From: an uncultured Eubacteriales bacterium
GTDB lineage: Bacteria; Bacillota; Clostridia; Saccharofermentanales; UBA5734
Length of the DNA: 64,000 nt
Assembly (NCBI GenBank): GCA_903835065.1
Contig: CAILLO010000036.1
Coordinates: 44,342 to 108,341 of the forward strand
Direction of reading: 5' to 3'
The position numbers were made by a program, and so were the translations under genes. This document shows, piece by piece, positions 40,036 through 51,851 of the stretch. Every line of letters begins with the position of its first letter. Position 1 is the first letter of the stretch. The notes under the pieces are model-generated. The model was not told where the DNA came from, did not search any database, and saw nothing but the letters and a program-made list of their open reading frames with translations.

Positions 40036-40674
40036 ATGGACAAGATGAAGCGTGAAGCCACGATCGACCGCCGGACCCACGAGACCACGATCCACCTGGA
40101 GCTCTCGCTCGAGACGCCCTCGAACGACAATTCCGACGCGGGGGCCCCCGGCGCCGTCGCCTCGCCCGGAATCTGCACCGGCATCGGGTTCTTCGACCAC
40201 ATGCTGGCCTCCTTCGCGAAGCACGCCTACATGTCCCTCGTCGTCGAGGCCAAGGGCGATCTCCACGTCGACGGGCACCACACCGTCGAGGACACCGGCA
40301 TCGCGCTGGGCCAGGCCCTCCGGCACGCGCTCGGCGACAAGGCCGGCATCCGCCGCTTCGGGCACGCCTACGTCCCGCTGGACGAGGCGCTGTCGCTCGC
40401 GGTCGTCGACGTCTCCGGCCGGCCGTTCCTGGTGTTCGAGGCCGACTTCGACGGCGAGTGCACGGGCGGTCTCGAGACGCAGCTCGTCGAGGAGTTCTTC
40501 CGCGCCGTGACCGTCAACGCCGGCATCACCGTGCACCTGCAGTGCCTGTACGGCTCCAACGACCACCACCGCATCGAGTCGATGTTCAAGGCCTTCGCCC
40601 GCGCCCTGCGCGAGGCCGTCGAGCCGGACCCCGCCGCCGCCGGCGGCGTCCCGTCCACGAAGGGCGTCCTGTAG
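40036..40674 (+). CDS. hisB: Imidazoleglycerol-phosphate dehydratase
   Basis: TGIGFFDHML, DGHHTVED, NDHHRIE, PSTKG. Confidence 0.96.
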   Translation: MDKMKREATIDRRTHETTIHLELSLETPSNDNSDAGAPGAVASPGICTGIGFFDHMLASFAKHAYMSLVVEAKGDLHVDGHHTVEDTGIALGQALRHALGDKAGIRRFGHAYVPLDEALSLAVVDVSGRPFLVFEADFDGECTGGLETQLVEEFFRAVTVNAGITVHLQCLYGSNDHHRIESMFKAFARALREAVEPDPAAAGGVPSTKGVL

Positions 40675-40720
40675 AGGCCGCCGTGCCCGCCGACCCGGCT
40701 GGAACCAGGAGGTGCCGACC

Positions 40721-41605
40721 ATGTCCCTGCTGCGCAACACCGACTTCATCGACCACCCCGTGACCTACCGCGGCAAGGTCCGCGACGTGTACGACCTCGG
40801 CGACAGCCTCGTGATCGTCGTGACCGACCGGATCTCGGCGTTCGACGTCGTCTTCCGCGAACTCGTGCCCGACAAGGGCCGCGTGCTCAACCAGCTGTCC
40901 GCCTTCTGGTTCGGGATGACCCGGGACATCGTGTCCAACCACGTGATCTCGACCGACACGCGCGTCTTCCCCGGCGAGTTCCCGCGATACGCCGACGAGC
41001 TCGACGGCCGCGCCATGTGGGTCAGGAAGGTCGACATGCTGCCCGCCGAGTGCATCGTCCGCGGGTACCTCGAGGGGTCCGCGCTCAAGGAATACCGCGA
41101 GCACGGCACCGTGGCCGGCGTCCCGATGCCGAAGGGCCTGCGCCAGTGCGAGAAGCTGCCCGAGCCGATGTTCACCCCGTCGACCAAGGCGTCCGAGGGC
41201 CACGATGTCAACATCACCTTCGCGCAGATGGCCGACCTCGTCGGGGAGGAGGCCGCCCACGGCGTCCGCGACGCCAGCCTCGCGCTCTACGCCCGCGCGG
41301 CCGAGTACGCCGAGAAGCGCGGCATCCTGCTGGCCGACACCAAGTTCGAGTTCGGCACGGTCCACGGCCGGCTGACCGTCGGCGACGAGATGTTCACGCC
41401 CGACTCCTCCCGCTTCTGGGAGCTGTCGGAGTTCGAGCCCGGGCGCGCGCAGAAGAGCTTCGACAAGCAGTACCTGCGCGAGTTCCTCGAGGCCAGCGGC
41501 TGGAACAAGACGCCGCCGCCGCCCGCGCTGCCCGCGGAGGTGGTCGAGCGGACCGCCGCCAAGTACCGCGAGGCCTACGAACGCCTGACCGGGGCCCCTC
41601 TTTGA
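40721..41605 (+). CDS. purC: SAICAR synthetase
   Basis: GKVRDVY, DRISAFD, ECIVRGY, ADTKFEFG, TPDSSRFW. Confidence 0.96.
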   Translation: MSLLRNTDFIDHPVTYRGKVRDVYDLGDSLVIVVTDRISAFDVVFRELVPDKGRVLNQLSAFWFGMTRDIVSNHVISTDTRVFPGEFPRYADELDGRAMWVRKVDMLPAECIVRGYLEGSALKEYREHGTVAGVPMPKGLRQCEKLPEPMFTPSTKASEGHDVNITFAQMADLVGEEAAHGVRDASLALYARAAEYAEKRGILLADTKFEFGTVHGRLTVGDEMFTPDSSRFWELSEFEPGRAQKSFDKQYLREFLEASGWNKTPPPPALPAEVVERTAAKYREAYERLTGAPL

Positions 41606-42246
41606 TCGCGATCGTCGACTACGGGATGGGGAATCTGCGCAGCGTGCAGAAGGCGCTGGAGTTCCTCGGCGCGCGCGCGGAGCTGGTGACCGACCCGGAG
41701 CGGGCGATGGCCGCCGACGCGCTGGTGCTGCCGGGCGTGGGCGCGATCGGCGACGCCGTCGAGAACCTGCGGAAGAACGGGATGGACCGTGCGCTGCGGG
41801 CGTTTCTGCCCATGGGGCGGCCGTTCCTCGGCATCTGCCTCGGCATGCAGATGCTGTTCGACGACAGCGAGGAGGCCTTCGGGGCGGGCGGCGGACTCGT
41901 CGCCGGGCTCGGGATCCTGCCGGGGCGCGTGAAGCTGCTGCCGGGCGGGCCGGGGCTGAAGGTGCCGCACATGGGCTGGAACACGCTGCAGGAGACGCGC
42001 GGCCCCCTGTTCGAGGAGGCGGGCGCGGCGCCGGGCCGTCCCGACCCCAGCGTCTACTTCGTGCATTCCTACTACGTGGACTGTGCCGACCGGTCGATCG
42101 TGACCGCGCGCGCGACGCACGGGATCCCCTTCGACGCGGCGGTCGGGAAGGACAACCTCCAGGCCGTGCAGTTCCACCCGGAGAAGAGCGGGGCCGAGGG
42201 CCTCTCGATCCTGCGCCGCTGGCTCGCCGCCGGAGGCCTCGCGTGA
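41602..42246 (+). CDS. hisH: IGP synthase glutaminase subunit
   Basis: DYGMGNL, PGVG, GICLGMQ, FVHSY, QFHPEKS; TTG start overlaps the purC stop. Confidence 0.95.
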   Translation: MIAIVDYGMGNLRSVQKALEFLGARAELVTDPERAMAADALVLPGVGAIGDAVENLRKNGMDRALRAFLPMGRPFLGICLGMQMLFDDSEEAFGAGGGLVAGLGILPGRVKLLPGGPGLKVPHMGWNTLQETRGPLFEEAGAAPGRPDPSVYFVHSYYVDCADRSIVTARATHGIPFDAAVGKDNLQAVQFHPEKSGAEGLSILRRWLAAGGLA

Positions 42247-42953
42247 TCGTCTACCCCGCGATCGACCTGCTCGGCGGGCGCTGCGTGCGGCTGCGCCAGG
42301 GCGACTACGCGCAGGCGACGGTCTATTCCGACGACCCCGTCGCCGTCGCCCGCGCTTTCCGCGCGGTCGGCGCCGACTGGGTGCATATCGTGGACCTCGA
42401 CGCGGCACGCAGCGGCGTGCCCGCGCACCAGGCCCTGATCGCGCGGATCCGCGCCGAGACCGGACTGCGCGTGCAGACCGGCGGTGGCGTGCGGAATCTG
42501 GCCGCGCTGGAGGCGCACCTGGCGGCCGGCGTCGAGCGCGTCGTGCTCGGCACCTCGGCCGTGAAGGACCGCCCGTTCACCGAGGAGGCGCTGCGGCGCC
42601 ACGGCGCGGCCATCGCGATCGGCATCGACGCGCGCGGCGGCGAGGTCAGCGTGGACGGCTGGACGGCCGGCGGCGGCGTGAAGGCGCTCGAATTCGCGGG
42701 CTGGATGGAGGCGCTGGGCGCCCGGACCGCGATCTTCACCGACATCGCGCGCGACGGCATGCTGGCCGGCCCGGCGCTCGACGCGACCGCCGAGCTCGTG
42801 CGGGAGACCGGAATGGACGTGATCGCCTCGGGCGGCATCGGGTCGCTCGCCGACATCGAGGCGGTGCGTGCGATCGGCGCGGCCGGCGTGATCGTCGGCA
42901 AGGCGCTCTACGAAGGAAGGGTGGACCTCGCGGCATGCTTGCGAAACGCATAA
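42243..42953 (+). CDS. hisA: ProFAR isomerase
   Basis: PAIDL, VDLD, QTGGGVR, TDIARDG, ASGG. Confidence 0.95.
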   Translation: MIVYPAIDLLGGRCVRLRQGDYAQATVYSDDPVAVARAFRAVGADWVHIVDLDAARSGVPAHQALIARIRAETGLRVQTGGGVRNLAALEAHLAAGVERVVLGTSAVKDRPFTEEALRRHGAAIAIGIDARGGEVSVDGWTAGGGVKALEFAGWMEALGARTAIFTDIARDGMLAGPALDATAELVRETGMDVIASGGIGSLADIEAVRAIGAAGVIVGKALYEGRVDLAACLRNA

Positions 42954-43765
42954 TCCCGTGCCTCGACGTCCACGCGGGGCGCGTCGTGAAGGGCGTGAAC
43001 TTCGTCGACCTCGTCGATGCCGGGGACCCGGTCGAGGCGGCGATCGCCTACGACGCGTCGGGGGCCGACGAGCTCGTGTTCCTGGACATCACCGCGACGT
43101 CGGACGCGCGGGCGACCACGGTCGACATGGTGCGCCGCGTGGCCGAGCAGGTGTTCATCCCGTTCACCGTCGGCGGCGGCATCCGTTCGGTCGACGACAT
43201 CCGCGGCATCCTCTCGGCCGGCGCCGACAAGATCTCGCTGAACTCGGCCGCCGTGGCCGACCCCGGGCTCGTGTCCGAGGCGGCGAAGCGCTTCGGCAGC
43301 CAGTGCGTGGTCGTGGCGATCGACGCGCGGGCGCGCCGCGACGCCGCGGGCCGTCGCACCGGCGGGTCCGAGGTGTACGTGGCGGGCGGGCGCAGGGCGA
43401 CGGGCCTCGACGTGCTGGCCTGGGCGAAGGAGGCCGAGCGGCTGGGGGCGGGCGAGATCCTGCTGACCAGCATGGACGCCGACGGCACGAAGGCCGGGTA
43501 CGACCTGGAGATCACGCGCGCCGTGGCGGACGCGGTCGGCATCCCGGTGATCGCGTCGGGCGGCGCGGGCCGCTACGAGGACTTCCTCGAGGCGCTGACC
43601 GCCGGCGGCGCCGAGGCCGCGCTGGCCGCGAGCCTGTTCCACTTCGGCGAGATGAGGGTGATGGACCTGAAGCGCTATCTGGCCGCCCGCGGCGTGCCGT
43701 TACGCATGCCGCGCGGCGCGTCGGACGGGTCGGCCGTAGATGGGACGGAAGGGGTGACGCGATGA
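42935..43765 (+). CDS. hisF: IGP synthase cyclase subunit
   Basis: [32 protein letters not shown]. Confidence 0.96.
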   Translation: MLAKRIIPCLDVHAGRVVKGVNFVDLVDAGDPVEAAIAYDASGADELVFLDITATSDARATTVDMVRRVAEQVFIPFTVGGGIRSVDDIRGILSAGADKISLNSAAVADPGLVSEAAKRFGSQCVVVAIDARARRDAAGRRTGGSEVYVAGGRRATGLDVLAWAKEAERLGAGEILLTSMDADGTKAGYDLEITRAVADAVGIPVIASGGAGRYEDFLEALTAGGAEAALAASLFHFGEMRVMDLKRYLAARGVPLRMPRGASDGSAVDGTEGVTR

Positions 43766-44139
43766 GTGCAGTGATGGAACGGGCGGACGCGGAGCGCACC
43801 TGGGAACTCCTGAAGAAGGCGGCGGACGGGCTCGTGCCCGCGGTCGCCGTCGACGGGGCGGACGGACCGGTGCTGATGGTGGCCTACCAGGACCGCGAGG
43901 CGTTCCTCGCGACGATGGAGACCGGAGCCATGCATTACCACAGCCGCAGCCGCGGGACGCTGTGGAAGAAGGGCGAGACGTCGGGGCACACGCAGCGCGT
44001 GCTGCGCGTCCGGGTCGACTGCGACGCGGACACCCTGCTCTACGAAATCGAACAGACGGGGGCGGCGTGCCACACCGGCGCGCGGTCCTGCTTCTATCGG
44101 GACATCGACCAGCTGGTCGGGAAACAAGGGAGGACATGA
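43762..44139 (+). CDS. hisI: Phosphoribosyl-AMP cyclohydrolase
   Basis: SRSR...[21 protein letters not shown]. Confidence 0.94.
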   Translation: MSAVMERADAERTWELLKKAADGLVPAVAVDGADGPVLMVAYQDREAFLATMETGAMHYHSRSRGTLWKKGETSGHTQRVLRVRVDCDADTLLYEIEQTGAACHTGARSCFYRDIDQLVGKQGRT

Positions 44140-44429
44140 GGATGAGCCGCATCGGAGAAGTCATGGACGAAGTGTACGCGGTGGTCGAGGACCGCCGGAG
44201 CCACCCGCAGGAGGGCTCCTACACGAACTACCTGTTCGACAAGGGCCTCGACAAGATCTGCAAGAAGGTCGGCGAAGAGGCGACCGAGGTGGTCATCGCG
44301 GCCAAGAACGGCAAGCACGACGAGGTCGTCTACGAGGCGTCGGACCTGCTGTACCACCTGTGCGTGCTGCTCGTGGAGCAGGGCGTGACGCTGGACGACC
44401 TGTACGAGGAGCTGAAGCGCCGCAGGTAG
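44136..44429 (+). CDS. hisE: Phosphoribosyl-ATP diphosphatase
   Basis: SYTNYLF, KKVGEEATE, EASDLLYH. Confidence 0.94.
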   Translation: MRMSRIGEVMDEVYAVVEDRRSHPQEGSYTNYLFDKGLDKICKKVGEEATEVVIAAKNGKHDEVVYEASDLLYHLCVLLVEQGVTLDDLYEELKRRR

Positions 44430-44526
44430 GGGAGAACGCGCTCCCCTCTTGCACCCCGCGCGCCACGCGCTAGAATCGAGCCATAGGACCAGAGACGCCG
44501 TTTCGCATGAAAAGGAGGTCGTCCGC

Positions 44527-45537
44527 ATGGGTTCCGACTGGACCGCTCCCCCGATTCCCACGCCCGCCGCGCTGGTCGGCCTGGGGGAGGACGAGTACGA
44601 GATCCTCTCCCACATCGCGCAGAAGATGACCCACGGTGCCCTCAAGGAGAAGAAGAAGGCCGCGGCCGGCGCGATTCCGGCGGCCGAGGAGGAGAAGGAC
44701 CGCGACTTCTTCGCCGTGCTCGGCGCCTCGATCGTCAAGATGGTCCGCGGACTGCCCGCCTGGTTCGTGAAGAACTGGATCCCGCTCGCGGTGATGTTCG
44801 GCGTCTGGGTCCTGATCCAGCTCGTCCTCGCGAACCTGCTGAATATCGGCTTCGTGAAGATGGTCGTCTTCTTCCTCGGCGCGCTGACCGCATCCTTCGG
44901 GAATTTCCTGGGCAAGACCGTGTTCGCCGTCTTCCTCTTCGGCACCGCGCTGCCGCTCTACCGCTATTACAAGCAAAGCGGCGCCAAGGACCTGTTCGCG
45001 AAGTACAGGAAGGTCCGGCAGATGCTGCGACACGCCCTCGAGGGGCTCGGGAAGCGCGCCTGGAAGGTCGTGCCGGCGTCCGCCGGCGTCGGCCTCCTCG
45101 TCGCGAACCTCCTGACGACCGACAATTCGCTCAACACCTCGCTCGTCTGCCTGCTCGGCGCGATTTCGCTGCTCAACGCATTCGCCTTCGGCTTCGACGG
45201 CAGCATCCGGGACAAGCTGTTCCGCGCGGCGTACCGCGACGTGTCCGGTTGGTTCGGCAAGCGCAGGGCGCCGTCCCTCGAGATGAGCCACGCCGTCTTC
45301 GGCTCCTTCGCGGCCGGACTCGGCGGCTCGGTCGTCCCGACGGTCCTCCTCACGCCGTTCACCTTCGTGAAATACCTCACCGGCGGCTACATCCCCGCCT
45401 GGCTGAGCGGCTTCCAGGGAGTCTCCGGCTACGTGTTCGGCGCGCTCTTCGTCGTCGCCGCGGTCGTGCTGCACTTCCTGCTGGCCGAGAAACCCGCGAA
45501 GCCGACCGGGGCCGCCGCTCCGGACGCTTCGAAGTGA
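44527..45537 (+). CDS. Multi-pass membrane protein of unknown function
   Basis: AGGAGG RBS, GC3-rich codon usage, about 7 hydrophobic segments. Confidence 0.8.
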   Translation: MGSDWTAPPIPTPAALVGLGEDEYEILSHIAQKMTHGALKEKKKAAAGAIPAAEEEKDRDFFAVLGASIVKMVRGLPAWFVKNWIPLAVMFGVWVLIQLVLANLLNIGFVKMVVFFLGALTASFGNFLGKTVFAVFLFGTALPLYRYYKQSGAKDLFAKYRKVRQMLRHALEGLGKRAWKVVPASAGVGLLVANLLTTDNSLNTSLVCLLGAISLLNAFAFGFDGSIRDKLFRAAYRDVSGWFGKRRAPSLEMSHAVFGSFAAGLGGSVVPTVLLTPFTFVKYLTGGYIPAWLSGFQGVSGYVFGALFVVAAVVLHFLLAEKPAKPTGAAAPDASK

Positions 45538-45553
45538 AGGGGGGCGAGGACGA

Positions 45554-46129
45554 ATGATGTTCTTCATGGGCATGGACGCATCGAGCATCGGAACGGTGGT
45601 CGACACCCTCTTCTCCCTGCTGCACCCGCCGAGCGAGAGCCACGAGATCCTGCCGGCCCTCGTGGGCATGGTCGGCGCCATCGCGTCGCTGGCCGTCGTG
45701 TCGGCCGGAGCCGGCGCTGCCGCGCCGGACGACGTCCGGGCCGAGGAGCCGAAGAAGCAGGAGGAGAAGAGCCAGCGGAAGATGGAGACGGCCGTGATGC
45801 CCGAGGGAGTCCGCACCGTCGTCGCCGGGTCCGGTTCGCCGGTCTGGCTGTACGCCCGCATGCTGACCGCCGCCTCGATGGAGGACGGATTCCAGCCCGA
45901 CGCCGACCTGACCGACGGGATCCGCTTCCGCGTCGCGGACGGGGGAGACGCCGTCGAGCTCGGGGAGGTCGAGACGGCCGGGAACTGGGTCGCCGTCGGC
46001 GTCGCCGTGAACGCGCCCGCGGAGGGCGGGCCGCTGCCCGACACGATCCGCATCGCCGTCGAGCGGTTCTCGCTGACGGGACAGGTCTTCCACCGGCGGA
46101 CGATCGCGCTGCGGGTCCTGCGGGGATAG
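45554..46129 (+). CDS. Hypothetical single-TM protein with beta-rich C-terminal domain
   Basis: GAGGA RBS, one hydrophobic segment, 16 nt after the upstream stop. Confidence 0.7.
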   Translation: MMFFMGMDASSIGTVVDTLFSLLHPPSESHEILPALVGMVGAIASLAVVSAGAGAAAPDDVRAEEPKKQEEKSQRKMETAVMPEGVRTVVAGSGSPVWLYARMLTAASMEDGFQPDADLTDGIRFRVADGGDAVELGEVETAGNWVAVGVAVNAPAEGGPLPDTIRIAVERFSLTGQVFHRRTIALRVLRG

Positions 46130-46161
46130 GGCAGGAACGGGGCCGGGATGGCCAGAGGCTC

Positions 46162-46227
46162 TTGACACCCGATTCCGGGCAGTTTATATTCAATCTTGCG
46201 TTAGCACTCTTGTCAAAAGAGTGCTAA
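46162..46227 (+). promoter_or_regulatory. sigmaA promoter and CIRCE element (HrcA operator)
   Basis: TTGACA (46162)-17 nt-TATATT (46185); TTAGCACTC-N9-GAGTGCTAA at 46201-46227. Confidence 0.97.
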
Positions 46228-48207
<1,980 letters not shown>

Positions 48208-48216
48208 AGCACGGCC

Positions 48217-48438
48217 AGCGGCGCACCAGCTTCTACGGCAAGTCGGGAGACGTACGATGACCGCTCTGCGGGCATCGTGGCAGTCTCCCGGAACTACTTG
48301 CCGTTGAAGCTGACGACGCTTTCCGCTAGGCGCTGCCGGAAGCGGGCTCGTGCCCGATGGGCACGAGTGGAGCTTCCGACCGCACCGGGAACATGGAACG
48401 GTGCGATGAAGCGCCTTTGCGGAAAACGTGCGGGGAAC
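48217..48438. repeat. Structured dispersed repeat / candidate ncRNA, copy 2 (long form)
   Basis: Homologous to 1-143; contains a long hairpin at 48227-48312 and two further stems. Confidence 0.85.
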
Positions 48439-48473
48439 TAATCCCCCTTCCTTCACGCAACCGTTCCCATATG

Positions 48474-48510
48474 CAGGAAGCCTTCCCGTTATGCACGGGG
48501 AGGCTTCCTG
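48474..48510. terminator. Strong hairpin between convergent genes, terminator-like
   Basis: CAGGAAGCCTTCCCG-TTATGCA-CGGGGAGGCTTCCTG; no long T run. Confidence 0.5.
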
Positions 48511-48700
48511 TCTGTCCACGCATGGCGAACACCGTCGCTATGCACCGAGAAATGAATACCTGCACAATCCGCTCTGGGGGCGGATTTAACACAACCGTAA
48601 CATCCGCGCGCTGAAACCGGAGGCGCTTGCCACGCTCGCCTTTGAAGCCCGAAACCCTTGCCCTGCGGACATGCACATCGCGGAACCCCTGTCCTTGGAG

Positions 48701-48755
48701 TTATGCACAGAGTTATCCACACTATCCACAGTTTTTCGTCCACACGGAATCCACA
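48701..48755 (+). promoter_or_regulatory. DnaA-box cluster
   Basis: TTATGCACA (48701), TTATCCACA (48713), CTATCCACA (48722), TCGTCCACA (48736), GAATCCACA (48747), all in the same orientation. Confidence 0.8.
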
Positions 48756-48758
48756 GGT

Positions 48759-50507
48759 TCACAGCGGAAAGAGCTTGAACCGCTTGATCTTCTTGGTCGT
48801 GGTCTTCTCGAATTCCTCGTCGCGGATGCGCAGGTCGACGATGCGCTTGTAGGAAGGGACCTGCTGGTTGACCCGCCGGATCTCGCCGCGCAGGAGGGTC
48901 TTCAGCGCTTCCCCCTCGGGCGTCGCGCCGTCGTGCGAGACCGCGCGGAGGGCGTCGAGGTCGGGCACGATGATCGCGACGACCCTGCAGCCGTCCTCCG
49001 CTTCGGTCCCGTCCTCCGGCTGGTCCCCGACGACGAGGCACTCCTTGATGAACGGGCTGCGGACGAGTAGGCTCTCGAGCTCCTCGGGGTAGATGTTCTT
49101 TCCGTTCTTCGTGACGATGACGTTCTTGCAGCGGCCCGTGATGGTGAGGAAGCCGTCGTCGTCGAAGCGGCCGAGGTCGCCGGTCCGGAGCCAGCCGTCC
49201 TGCAGCGTGGCGGCCGTCGCGACGGGGTCCTGGAAGTAGCCCATCATGACGTTGTCGCCCTGCACCCAGATCTCGCCGATGCCGCTGTCCGGGTCGGGGT
49301 CCGCGATGCGTCCGGCCATCCCGGGCAGCAGGACGCCGACGGTGCCCTTGCGGAACAGGCGGTCGCGCTCGTTCGCGATCACGGGCGAGGCCTCGGTCAT
49401 CCCGTATCCCTGCCGGATGCGGAATCCGTATCCGAGGAGCGACTTCCAGACCTTGGGGTCGAGCGCCGCGGCGCCGGAGATCACGACGCGGATGCGTCCG
49501 CCGAGCGGCTCGTGCAGGCTGGCGAAGAGCTTCTTCCGGACGTCGACGCCGACGGCGGCCAGCGCGGCGCCGCCCGCGACGAGGCCGGGCAGGAGGACGC
49601 GCGCGGCGGGCCTGGCCCGGATGCCGTCCTGGATCTTCTTGTGTAGGTTCTCGATGATCAGCGGGACCAGCGTGAGGACGGTCGGGCGGTATTCGCGCAG
49701 GTTCTGGGCGATGTACCGGAGCCCGTCGCAGAAGGCTGTCGTGGCGCCCTTCGACAGGAGGCTGAGCAGCATCGTGGCCTCGTAGGTGTGGTGGAGGGGG
49801 AGGATCGACAGGTCGAGGTCCTCTTCGCCGAAGGCGATGGCCCCCTGGATCATCCGGATGTTGGCGCAGAGGTTGCGGTGCGAGAGCATGACCGCCTTGG
49901 ACGCCGACGTGGTGCCGGAGGTGAACAGCAGCACCGCGAGGGCCTCGCGGTCGATCGGGGCGTCGAGGAAGGAGCGGTCGCCGGCGGCGATGCGCGCGTG
50001 CCCGGCCGCGATCAGGGCGGACATCGAGAGGAAGGAGCCGTCGGGCGCGTGGGCTTCGGCGTCCATGTCGATGCAGTGGCTGACGCCCGGCACGCGGGCG
50101 CGCAGGGCGGCGACGGCGGACGACAGGCGGCCGGAGTGGATCAGGGCGGTGGCGCCGCACCGCTCGAGCAGCAGCGCGGCTTCGTGGACGGGCAACTCCT
50201 TGTCGATGGGCACGACGACGCCGGTGCCGCCGACGGCCGCGAGGTAGGCGACCATCCATTCGTAGCGGTTCTCGCCGAGGACGGCGACGAAGGCGCCGGA
50301 CAGGCCGAGTTCCGTGACCAGCGCCGTGCCGAGGGCGTCGACGTCGTCGGAGAAGCGGCGGAAACTTCGGGGGGTCTCGGGTTCGCCGGGTCGGCGGCGC
50401 ACGAGGTAGGCGGGCTTGGCCTCCCAGCGGCGGGCGCTCTCGTGGACCAGTTCGCGCAGGTCGCGGGATTCCACGGACGGGTAGTCGGGTCCGTAGGTCT
50501 TCGGCAT
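48759..50507 (-). CDS. Long-chain fatty acid-CoA ligase (AMP-binding)
   Basis: FTSGTT...K, GYGMTE, WLRTGDLG, GKNIYPEE, TTTKKIKR; AGGAGG RBS. Confidence 0.92.
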   Translation of the reverse strand: MPKTYGPDYPSVESRDLRELVHESARRWEAKPAYLVRRRPGEPETPRSFRRFSDDVDALGTALVTELGLSGAFVAVLGENRYEWMVAYLAAVGGTGVVVPIDKELPVHEAALLLERCGATALIHSGRLSSAVAALRARVPGVSHCIDMDAEAHAPDGSFLSMSALIAAGHARIAAGDRSFLDAPIDREALAVLLFTSGTTSASKAVMLSHRNLCANIRMIQGAIAFGEEDLDLSILPLHHTYEATMLLSLLSKGATTAFCDGLRYIAQNLREYRPTVLTLVPLIIENLHKKIQDGIRARPAARVLLPGLVAGGAALAAVGVDVRKKLFASLHEPLGGRIRVVISGAAALDPKVWKSLLGYGFRIRQGYGMTEASPVIANERDRLFRKGTVGVLLPGMAGRIADPDPDSGIGEIWVQGDNVMMGYFQDPVATAATLQDGWLRTGDLGRFDDDGFLTITGRCKNVIVTKNGKNIYPEELESLLVRSPFIKECLVVGDQPEDGTEAEDGCRVVAIIVPDLDALRAVSHDGATPEGEALKTLLRGEIRRVNQQVPSYKRIVDLRIRDEEFEKTTTKKIKRFKLFPL

Positions 50508-50615
50508 CTGGTAACCTCCTCGATTTGCGCAATCGGCGCAACAAGGTAATATTACTACTGTGCCGCGGGTTTTAGACCACAAGCGGAAACGATTGCGGAG
50601 GGAGGTGGACGGAGG

Positions 50616-51851
50616 ATGGAGAACGGGAAGCGACGCGGGCCGGTCCTGTGCATCAGCATCGACGCGGTTTCCCCGGACGACCTCGACCGCATCCTCGCGC
50701 ACCCCTGCCTCGACGGGCTGGCCGAGCGCGGTTCGCGCGTACGCGAGATGCGCACCGTCGCGCCCTCGCTGACCTACCCCGCGCACGCCACGATCCTGAC
50801 CGGCCGCCGTCCGGCTTCGCACGGCGTCGTGAACAACGAGGTCGACCCCCCGTCCGGCTTCGACTGGGACTGGAACTGGTACCGCCGGCTGGTCCGCGGC
50901 GACACGTTTCCCGACGCCGTCCACCGCGCGGGCTTCCGCGTGGCGACGCTGCTGTGGCCGACGCTGGCCGGGGCGCGGCTCGACTGGGTGCTGCCCGAAA
51001 TCGCCGCGAGCGCGAAGCTCCGCGAGAACCTGACCCGGAAGGTCCTGCGCAACGGGTCGCCCCTCTTCCTGCTCCTCTCCGAGCTGAAGTACGGAAGCCT
51101 GCGCCGCGGCATGCACCAGCCCTGGCTCGACGACTACGCGGCCGCCCTCGCGGTCGACCTCCTCCGGCGCCGCCGCGGGCCGGACCTGCTGCTGCTCCAC
51201 CTGGTGAGCGTCGACGACGCGAAGCACCACGCCGGGGTCCACGCGGTCGAGACGCTCGAGGCCTGCGACCGGACCGCCGGGCGGCTGTCCCGCATCCTCG
51301 CGGCGGCCGGCCCCGATGCCACGCTGCTCCTCTTCGGCGACCACGCACAGATCGACGTCCATTCCGGGCTCGATCCCGTCGGACGCCTCGCGGCCGCGGG
51401 CCTGTCCGTCCGCGTGCACGACGCCGGGGCGGGCGCCTTCCTCTATCCGGAAGCGGGCTATCTCCCGGAGCGCGACGACGCGCGGCTCGAGGCACTGCTC
51501 GCCGCCTGGCGCGACGAACCCGACGGCGGCCTGCGCGGCTGGCTGGACCGCGCGGGAATGGCGGCCGAGCGCACCGGCGACGGCGCCGCCATGGCCCTGC
51601 TCGACGCCGCGGACGGCTTCGCCTTCGCCCTCGACGAAGGGAACCTCGCCACCCATGGCCACCTGCCGGACCACCCCGGCATCTCGACGACGCTCTTCAC
51701 CGCCGGCTCCGGCATCCGGGCCGGCCTGACGGCCGCCCGCGGCGACCTGGCCGATATCGCCCCCACCGTCGCCGCGCTGTTCGGCGTGCCGTTCGACGGA
51801 GCCGAGGGCGCCCCGCTCCCGTTCCTCGAACCCAAGGAGGTCCCCCGTTGA
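50616..51851 (+). CDS. Alkaline phosphatase superfamily, nucleotide pyrophosphatase/phosphodiesterase
   Basis: ISIDA, PSLTYPAHATILTG, DDAKH, GDH, HG. Confidence 0.88.
   Translation: MENGKRRGPVLCISIDAVSPDDLDRILAHPCLDGLAERGSRVREMRTVAPSLTYPAHATILTGRRPASHGVVNNEVDPPSGFDWDWNWYRRLVRGDTFPDAVHRAGFRVATLLWPTLAGARLDWVLPEIAASAKLRENLTRKVLRNGSPLFLLLSELKYGSLRRGMHQPWLDDYAAALAVDLLRRRRGPDLLLLHLVSVDDAKHHAGVHAVETLEACDRTAGRLSRILAAAGPDATLLLFGDHAQIDVHSGLDPVGRLAAAGLSVRVHDAGAGAFLYPEAGYLPERDDARLEALLAAWRDEPDGGLRGWLDRAGMAAERTGDGAAMALLDAADGFAFALDEGNLATHGHLPDHPGISTTLFTAGSGIRAGLTAARGDLADIAPTVAALFGVPFDGAEGAPLPFLEPKEVPR

Noticed and set aside
48489-48760. Chromosomal origin (oriC)
   Set aside because: No dnaA/dnaN or AT-rich unwinding element is visible, and gene orientation stays mostly + on both sides
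50521-50560. Zur box upstream of the phosphodiesterase-metal ABC genes (GTAATATTAC, 50546-50555)
   Set aside because: It lacks the central base and flanks of the Bacillus GTAATnATTAC box and could simply be overlapping -10 elements of divergent promoters
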